Shown here piece by piece: positions 26,570-32,000 of a stretch of DNA of 32,000 bases. Under the pieces are notes generated by a model. It saw only the letters and a program-made list of their open reading frames with translations, was not told the DNA's origin and made no database searches. The translations under genes were made by a program, and so were the position numbers. Source of the DNA: Planctopirus limnophila DSM 3776 (lineage in GTDB: Bacteria > Planctomycetota > Planctomycetia > Planctomycetales > Planctomycetaceae); NCBI RefSeq assembly GCF_000092105.1, contig NC_014148.1:4320001-4352000 (forward strand), read 5' to 3'. Numbering within the stretch: position 1 is the stretch's first letter; the number at the start of each line of letters is the position of its first letter.

Positions 26570-28720
26570 ATGACGAGAATTAACACAAACATTGATGCGC
26601 TCCGTGGGTTGCGCAACCTTCAGAAAGCCACCAGTCAGCAGAACTCGGCGCTGACCCGACTTTCGACCGGTGTGAAGGTCAACAGTGGCCGGGATAACCC
26701 CGCCGGTCTGTTCGCTGGTGAGCGACTGAAACTGCAGACGACCACCATTGAGAAATCGATTTCGAACAGCAATCGAGCCAACAATGTGCTCTCAACGGCT
26801 GATGCCGCTCTGGGCGAAATCAGCGGTCAGCTCAATAAGCTGCGCGGGCTGGTTCAGGAAGGTTTGAACGTTGGTGCCCTTTCCTCCAGCGAAACAACGG
26901 CTAACCAGGGCGAAATCGACGAAATTCTTTCTGCAATCAACCGTATCTCGTCCAACACCACGTTTGCTGGTGACAAACTGATTGACGGCAGCAAAGGCTT
27001 CCAGACATCGGTTTCAGTCGGCGATTTGGACAAATTCAGTGATTTCCAGGTGAACCAGGCTGTCTTCGGCTCACGCACCAGCATTGCTTTGAATGCGACA
27101 GTGAACACTGCCGCCGAAAAGGCATCGCTGCGATACAGCGGCGGGGCTTTGACTTCAGCTGCCACAGTGGAAATTGGCGGTTCTACCGGCAACCAGGCGA
27201 TTTCACTGGGTGGCAGCAGCACGGTCACCAACATTGCTGACGCGATCAACGACGTTGCGGACACCACAGGTGTTGTGGCTACAGTAGTCGGTGGTTTTGA
27301 GCTGACAGTTGATGCTGTTGCCAACACCGCAACAAAAGGCTCAGGCGCCAACGGTGTGGTGACCTTCACTGACGCTCGCAGGACTGCCGAGCTGGGAACG
27401 AATGCTTCGCTGGGTGGTACTGTTTCGGTGACTTACGTCGCCGGTTCAGGTAACAACGTGGCGACATCGGTGGCTGTTACAGGAACAACAAATCGCACTG
27501 TAACTGTGACTCTGGGAACAGACGCCAACGGTGCTGTCAGTGCCACTGCCGACGACGTGGTTGCCATTGTCGCTGGTGATACGACTGCCAGTTCGCTTGT
27601 TACGGGTGTGGCCAGTGGCGACGGTTCGGGTGTTCAGGCCGCTGAAGCCGCTGATACGCTGACAGGTGGTACTGATCAGGGCATCCTGCGGCTGGGAGAT
27701 AACCGCACGGTAGGAACCAACGGCACATTGAGTGTTGTCGTCGATGCCACTGGCAACAGCCAGACACTGGGTGTCAGCGTGGGTGCAGCAGATAACGATG
27801 GCAACCAGGTCATCACGATTACTGCAGCCACAGATGCTAACGGTGTCGTGACCTCGACTCTCGCAGACATCGCGACTCTGATCAATGATGATGAAGATGC
27901 TTCGGAAGTGCTGCTGGCTTCGACACGTGGCGACTCAACATCACTGGGTGATGATGTGGCGAGCACAGCTCTGAGCTTGACCAATGGCGATATCATTCTT
28001 GAAAGTTCAGAGTATGGCTCTTCAGCCAAGGTCAACGTGACCGCCCTGTCTGGCAGCTTCCAGACGACAGGCAAGAACGACACGACTTATACAACTCGCG
28101 ATTTCGGTGCTGATATCGGCGTGACAATCAACGGCCAGGCAGCCCGTGGTGATGGTCTCAAGGCCAGCTTCCGCACTGCCAGCGTCGCTGCTTCGCTCAC
28201 CTTTGCGACTGATTCCAACGAAGCTAACGCCACAGCGACTTTGAACATCGTCGGTGGTGGTGCACTCTTCCAGATTGGTGAACAGGCCACTTCCGCCGGT
28301 CAGATTGGCCTGGGGATTGAAGCGGTCAACACTTCTCGCCTGGGTGGTATCACCGGCAAACTGTCCGAACTGGGTTCCGGTGGCGGCAAGAGCCTCGAAG
28401 ACGTTCGCAAGAGCCTCGATGGTTCGGGCCCGAAGATCACTTACGATGATCTTGTGAGCATCATCGATGAATCGCTGGAACGAGTGACGACTCTCCGGTC
28501 TCAGATTGGTGCTGTGCAGTCGAACGTGATCGATACCAACATCTCGACTTTGGGTGTGGCACTGGAAAACATTTCTGCTGCCCGCAGCGAGATTGTCGAT
28601 ACCGACTTTGCTGCTGAAACAGCCAACCTGCAGAAGGCTCAGGTTCTGGTACAGGCTGGTATCTCGGTGCTGTCGATTGCCAATCAGGGGCCCAGCACCA
28701 TCGCCCAGCTCCTCCGGTAA
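26570..28720 (+). CDS. fliC: flagellin (716 aa) with a large central variable region
   Basis: Start set at ATG 26570 (MTRINTNIDALRGLRNL...LSTGVKVNSGRDNPAGL), with GAAAGG upstream. The C-terminus (TLRSQIGAVQSNV...SEIVDTDFAAETANLQKAQVLVQAGISVLSIANQGPSTIAQLLR) gives the canonical D0/D1. There is no Cys, His, Trp or internal Met. The track ORF from 26471 adds an unsupported N-terminal extension. Confidence 0.9.
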   Translation: MTRINTNIDALRGLRNLQKATSQQNSALTRLSTGVKVNSGRDNPAGLFAGERLKLQTTTIEKSISNSNRANNVLSTADAALGEISGQLNKLRGLVQEGLNVGALSSSETTANQGEIDEILSAINRISSNTTFAGDKLIDGSKGFQTSVSVGDLDKFSDFQVNQAVFGSRTSIALNATVNTAAEKASLRYSGGALTSAATVEIGGSTGNQAISLGGSSTVTNIADAINDVADTTGVVATVVGGFELTVDAVANTATKGSGANGVVTFTDARRTAELGTNASLGGTVSVTYVAGSGNNVATSVAVTGTTNRTVTVTLGTDANGAVSATADDVVAIVAGDTTASSLVTGVASGDGSGVQAAEAADTLTGGTDQGILRLGDNRTVGTNGTLSVVVDATGNSQTLGVSVGAADNDGNQVITITAATDANGVVTSTLADIATLINDDEDASEVLLASTRGDSTSLGDDVASTALSLTNGDIILESSEYGSSAKVNVTALSGSFQTTGKNDTTYTTRDFGADIGVTINGQAARGDGLKASFRTASVAASLTFATDSNEANATATLNIVGGGALFQIGEQATSAGQIGLGIEAVNTSRLGGITGKLSELGSGGGKSLEDVRKSLDGSGPKITYDDLVSIIDESLERVTTLRSQIGAVQSNVIDTNISTLGVALENISAARSEIVDTDFAAETANLQKAQVLVQAGISVLSIANQGPSTIAQLLR

Positions 28721-28761
28721 TCGAAGTCGTTCTTAACAGACGGCAACGATGGGAAATCAAG

Positions 28762-28797
28762 CACGTCTCTCGAAAGAGGGACGTGTTTTTTTGTTTT
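28762..28797 (+). terminator. Rho-independent terminator of the flagellin gene
   Basis: 10-bp stem CACGTCTCTC / GAGGGACGTG (one G-U pair) closed by a GAAA tetraloop (28762-28785). It is followed by TTTTTTTGTTTT. It lies 41 nt after the stop codon. Confidence 0.85.
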
Positions 28798-28803
28798 GGT
28801 GTT

Positions 28804-28820
28804 TGGGAGTTGGGAGTTGG
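28804..28820 (+). repeat. mini-array of the GGGAGTT heptamer
   Basis: TGGGAGT TGGGAGT TGG follows the terminator U-tract directly. With GTTTTGG TGTTTGG before it, there are four NNNTTGG heptamers from 28793. This is the same unit as the 23145-23221 array, in the sense orientation relative to fliC. Confidence 0.6.
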
Positions 28821-28821
28821 C

Positions 28822-28881
28822 CTGTGTGCCATGCTTGCAGCTGTGTGCCATGCTTGCAGCTCTGGGCAAGCATGTCTTCGC
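28822..28881 (+). repeat. REP-like palindromic element, copy D (subfamily 2) with duplicated left arm
   Basis: CTGTGTGCCATGCTTGCAG occurs twice in perfect tandem (28822-28840 and 28841-28859). CTCTGGGCAAGCATGTCTTCGC follows. The core is identical to copy B. Confidence 0.85.
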
Positions 28882-28916
28882 AACCAATAACGCGCAATGG
28901 TTTCCTGGAAGCCGTA

Positions 28917-29774
28917 TCAGTTGGTGAGTTGATAGAGGAAGATGCCGGCGGCGACAGCGACGTTGAGGCTGTCCACATCGGGAGGCATGGGGATCGTGAC
29001 CAGATGATTGCAGTGGTCCATCCACTCAGTCGTTAACCCCTCAGCTTCATTCCCGAGCAGCAGTGCGAGGCGATGGGGCCGCTGGACGTTCTTCAGGGAG
29101 ACAGCCGATTCCGAGAGAATTGCGCCCATCGTTTCAAACCCGAACTCAGTTTTAAGACGCTGCAGATCGTGGTCTAGATGGCGGCTTTCGCGAATCGTCA
29201 GGCCAAAGATATTGCCCATCGAAACGCGAATGACCCGCCGGGAAAACGGGTCACAACAGGCTTTGCCCAATAAGAGACCTGTCGCTCGAAAAGCACTGGC
29301 AATGCGAATGATGGCACCCAGATTTTCCGGGTTGTCGCAATTCGGGCAGACGATGAGAAGCGGCTTTTGGAAGGCAGTTAGCTCGTGGTACTTCTCTATA
29401 GAGGTTGTTGTGGCCAGTCGTTGATCTTTGGGAGGTTCGGGAAGCCCCAGGAGCTGTTCCAGAGAAGCTGTCCGTCGCCGTAGACCACAAGCCATGACAC
29501 CCACATGCAGATGAAAGCCAATCAGTTGAGAGGCCATCTCGGTCGGCATGATATAGACGGGAATCTCGGGTGGAATCAGCCCTGCCCAGGCGGCGACTTT
29601 TTCCTGAGTGACGAGAATGGACGCTGTCTCAAACTTACTGGCCAGTAATCTCTCGACAGTACGCACACCCTCGACAATGAAGTACTTGCCATGTCGCATC
29701 GCGTTCTGAGCTTTCACATCGCGATAAACATCCAGGTTTTTGTCGAGCAGATCACTCACCGGAATGAGCGGCAT
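28917..29774 (-). CDS. TrmH/SpoU-family RNA 2'-O-methyltransferase
   Basis: The SPOUT motifs are present: PENLGAIIRIASAF, LLLGNEAEGL and IPMPPDVDSLNVAVAAGIFLYQL. An N-terminal substrate-binding-like domain is present. It lies 49 nt downstream of hpnH on the same strand. Confidence 0.85.
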   Translation of the reverse strand: MPLIPVSDLLDKNLDVYRDVKAQNAMRHGKYFIVEGVRTVERLLASKFETASILVTQEKVAAWAGLIPPEIPVYIMPTEMASQLIGFHLHVGVMACGLRRRTASLEQLLGLPEPPKDQRLATTTSIEKYHELTAFQKPLLIVCPNCDNPENLGAIIRIASAFRATGLLLGKACCDPFSRRVIRVSMGNIFGLTIRESRHLDHDLQRLKTEFGFETMGAILSESAVSLKNVQRPHRLALLLGNEAEGLTTEWMDHCNHLVTIPMPPDVDSLNVAVAAGIFLYQLTN

Positions 29775-29823
29775 GGGAGCAACTTCTGAGAGAATGGCGA
29801 GTGAGAGTTCAGGTGTGAAAGCT

Positions 29824-31032
29824 TTAAGAGGCCGCTGCTGGCGAGCTATTCAACTGGCACGAGGCCACGCCCGCAAGTTCGCTGGATCTCGATGAAGATC
29901 CCGAAGATGACGCATTGCCCAGTGGCGATAAGGCAACGAACTCTCCCAGAGGTTGGCGAGTTCCAGACCCTGAATCAGCACTCGAAGGGGGTTCGTCGAG
30001 TGGCGGCAGATTCTTTTGCCGGGGGCCGAAAAAGGTGCGGATGGCTGTGTGATACAAGCCGTTCCAGCTACCGAATGTCTGTGCGACGGCTGTCGGTTCG
30101 TAGCCACAGTGAACCATACAGTTGGCACATTTGGGGTTGCCACTGGCGCGGCCATAATCTGGCCAGTGAGTAGTTTCCATCAGCTCTTTAAAGGTTCTGG
30201 TGTAGCCTTCATTCATCAGATAGCAGGGCTTCTGCCAGCCAAAGAGGTTGTAGGTGGGGCTCCCCCACGGTGTGCATTCCAGATTCCAGGCACCTTGCAG
30301 AAACTCGATAAAGAGTGGTGAAAGGTTGAATTTCCACCGCTTTTTGGCATTCGAAAAGAGCTTCCGGAAGAGTGAAACCGTCTGCTGTCGCTGCAGGAAC
30401 AACGTTTGAATCGGGGCTTTCTCGTACTGGTACCCCGGGGAAAGCATCATCCCTTCGACACCCAGATCAGCCAGAGTATCAAACATTTCCCGCAGGGCTT
30501 CGGGCTGAGCGTTGTTATAGACCGTCGTATTCGTCGTCACCCGATAGCCCTGCGCGATGGCTGTTTTGATCGCACTGATGGCGACGTCGTACACCCCTTC
30601 ACGGCATACGGCAAAGTCGTGCTCTTCTTGCGGGCCGTCGAGATGAATCGAGAAGGTCAGGTACGGGCTGGGCTGGAATTTGTGAAGATGTTTTTCGAGC
30701 AGGATGGCATTCGTGCACAGGTAAACAAACTTTTTGCGAGCCACCAGCCCGGCAACGATTTCGCCGATTTGCGGGTGCAGGAGTGGCTCTCCACCGGGAA
30801 TGGAAATGACCGGCGCACCGCATTCATCGGCGGCAGCGAAGCATTCTTCGGGAGAAAGGTGCTTGCGCAAAATCTCGACGGGATGCTGGATCTTGCCACA
30901 TCCAGCGCAGGCCAGATTGCAGCGAAAAAGAGGTTCGAGCATCAGAACCAGCGGATATCGCTTGTTGCCCAGCATTCGCTGTTTGAGCACATAGCTGGCG
31001 ATCGTCCACATTTGACGGACAGGAACCGACAT
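29824..31032 (-). CDS. hpnH: adenosyl-hopene transferase HpnH (radical SAM)
   Basis: Start set at ATG 31032 ([51 protein letters not shown]). It has the CxxxCxxC radical-SAM cluster motif and the characteristic HpnH N-terminus. The track ORF from GTG 31155 adds 41 unsupported residues. The last 60 aa or so are a Ser/Pro-rich tail. Confidence 0.85.
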   Translation of the reverse strand: MSVPVRQMWTIASYVLKQRMLGNKRYPLVLMLEPLFRCNLACAGCGKIQHPVEILRKHLSPEECFAAADECGAPVISIPGGEPLLHPQIGEIVAGLVARKKFVYLCTNAILLEKHLHKFQPSPYLTFSIHLDGPQEEHDFAVCREGVYDVAISAIKTAIAQGYRVTTNTTVYNNAQPEALREMFDTLADLGVEGMMLSPGYQYEKAPIQTLFLQRQQTVSLFRKLFSNAKKRWKFNLSPLFIEFLQGAWNLECTPWGSPTYNLFGWQKPCYLMNEGYTRTFKELMETTHWPDYGRASGNPKCANCMVHCGYEPTAVAQTFGSWNGLYHTAIRTFFGPRQKNLPPLDEPPSSADSGSGTRQPLGEFVALSPLGNASSSGSSSRSSELAGVASCQLNSSPAAAS

Positions 31033-31239
31033 TCGAGGCGACCTCCATGTATTGGTGAACAACGCCTTATCGAGCAAGCGTTTTGCGAAAACTTCTCTGG
31101 CGAGCCGAATGATCCCTACGGCCCAGCTGTCGTCTTTAACGTCATTTATTCCCACGGGCTGGTCCGATGACCAGGGGATGACAGCGATTCCCCAAGACTA
31201 ATAGATGTAACGGTGTGGCGAGAATCTGTCATCATGCCT

Positions 31240-31255
31240 TCGCAGAATTCTGCGA
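31240..31255. promoter_or_regulatory. perfect 16-bp palindrome, candidate operator
   Basis: TCGCAGAATTCTGCGA lies in the 257-bp gap between the moeA stop and the hpnH start. Confidence 0.25.
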
Positions 31256-31289
31256 TCTTCGCCGCAATTAGGCCTTTGAGTGGAGAAGA

Positions 31290-32000
31290 TCAGCACCAGC
31301 GGTAAGCGAGGAGTGTTTCGCCCTTTTTTGGTGGCGGGGAATTCGCCGGGAAGTAAATCATCCCGTTCGCTGAGAGAGTGGCCTGCAGATCAGATGAGCC
31401 CTGCCACGGGATGGTGCGGGCCGTGGTGGATGAGCCGGTGGAGTCGATGAAGGCGGGATGATACGTGGGCCGGTCACTCGTGTACTTTTCGTCGACCGCA
31501 GCCAGAGCTTCGATGGCTGGAGCAATGGTGGGAGTGATCCCCGAAAATTTTCGCAAGGCGGTTTTCACAAACAGTTCGAAGCAGACGAGACTGCTGACCG
31601 GGTTGCCGGGAAGGCCGAAGACGAGGCAGGTTTTTGGCTGCCGTTTGATCCCGAACCAGATGGGCTTACCAGGCTTGATATCGACTTTGTGAAAGATCTT
31701 TTCGACACCTTCAGCAGTGAGTGCCTGTGGGACGAGATCGAGCATACCTGCGGAGACACCCCCGGTTAACAGGAGAAGATCGGCTGCCAAGCCCTGGCGG
31801 ATCTTGAGCGTGAGTTCGTCCAACGAGTCGGAGGCGATGCCGAGTCTCTGCACTTCACAGCCGGCTTGCAACGCGAGGCTGGCGAGCAAAGTCTCATTCG
31901 AGTTTCGAATCTGGCCGGGGCCTGGCTTTTCGCTGGGAGGAACCAGTTCATCCCCCGTGGCCAGAATGGCGAGTGTTGGCTTTTGTTTGACTGGAATGGT
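31290..32000 (-). CDS. moeA: molybdopterin molybdotransferase MoeA (partial; N-terminus outside the window)
   Basis: The frame stays open to the window edge. Residues read from 32000 are TIPVKQKPTLAILATGDELVPPSEKPGPGQIRNSNETLLASL... These are followed by LLLTGGVSAGMLDLVP and KPGKPIWFG...VFGLPGNPVSS, the classic MoeA domain III/IV motifs. Confidence 0.85.
   Translation of the reverse strand, partial: TIPVKQKPTLAILATGDELVPPSEKPGPGQIRNSNETLLASLALQAGCEVQRLGIASDSLDELTLKIRQGLAADLLLLTGGVSAGMLDLVPQALTAEGVEKIFHKVDIKPGKPIWFGIKRQPKTCLVFGLPGNPVSSLVCFELFVKTALRKFSGITPTIAPAIEALAAVDEKYTSDRPTYHPAFIDSTGSSTTARTIPWQGSSDLQATLSANGMIYFPANSPPPKKGETLLAYRWC

Noticed and set aside
12289-31032. The HpnN-like transporter and HpnH as a hopanoid biosynthesis cluster.
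   Set aside because: They are about 14 kb apart, with 10 unrelated genes between them. No shc or other hpn genes are visible. This is not a cluster within the window.

Overview
The window looks like ordinary chromosomal DNA from a Planctomycetota-type genome. That assignment is an inference from the DUF1559/prepilin protein, two prepilin-type genes, hopanoid genes, a giant flagellin and several lineage-specific hypothetical membrane proteins.

I can support 21 protein-coding genes:
- a hypothetical protein and a DUF3050 protein;
- a translationally coupled Mre11/SbcD-like phosphoesterase and Rad50/SbcC/YhaN-like ATPase pair;
- GluQRS, a small lipoprotein, a DUF1559 prepilin protein, a PfkB sugar kinase and a membrane hypothetical;
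- an MMPL/HpnN-like transporter and MutY;
- a GspG-like pseudopilin, an AAA+ ATPase and a large exported HEAT/TPR protein;
- a small membrane protein, an AlkD-like DNA alkylation repair protein and a COG2509-like FAD protein;
- a 716-aa flagellin, a TrmH/SpoU methyltransferase, HpnH and a 5'-truncated MoeA.

I saw no rRNA, tRNA, CRISPR array, transposase, integrase, or recognisable toxin or defence gene. I did not find a convincing self-contained novel multi-gene system.

The observations most worth a second look are:
1. The SMC-like ATPase has about 50 hydrophobic residues (two putative TM helices) where a zinc hook would sit. Its phosphoesterase partner has substitutions in the metal-ligand motifs.
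2. A palindromic intergenic repeat family (GTGCCATGCTTGC-N8-GCAAGCATG) has four intact copies, each oriented with the nearest upstream gene's 3' end, plus one decayed copy.
3. An 11-unit heptanucleotide array (AACTCCC/GGGAGTT) overlaps the last codons of the alkD-like gene. A mini-array of the same unit follows the flagellin terminator.
4. The flagellin stands alone, has three IN-type modules including a roughly 90-aa tandem duplication, and sits behind a 743-bp ORF-free, hairpin-rich leader.

All family assignments come from reading the translations by eye and from memory. No searches were run.
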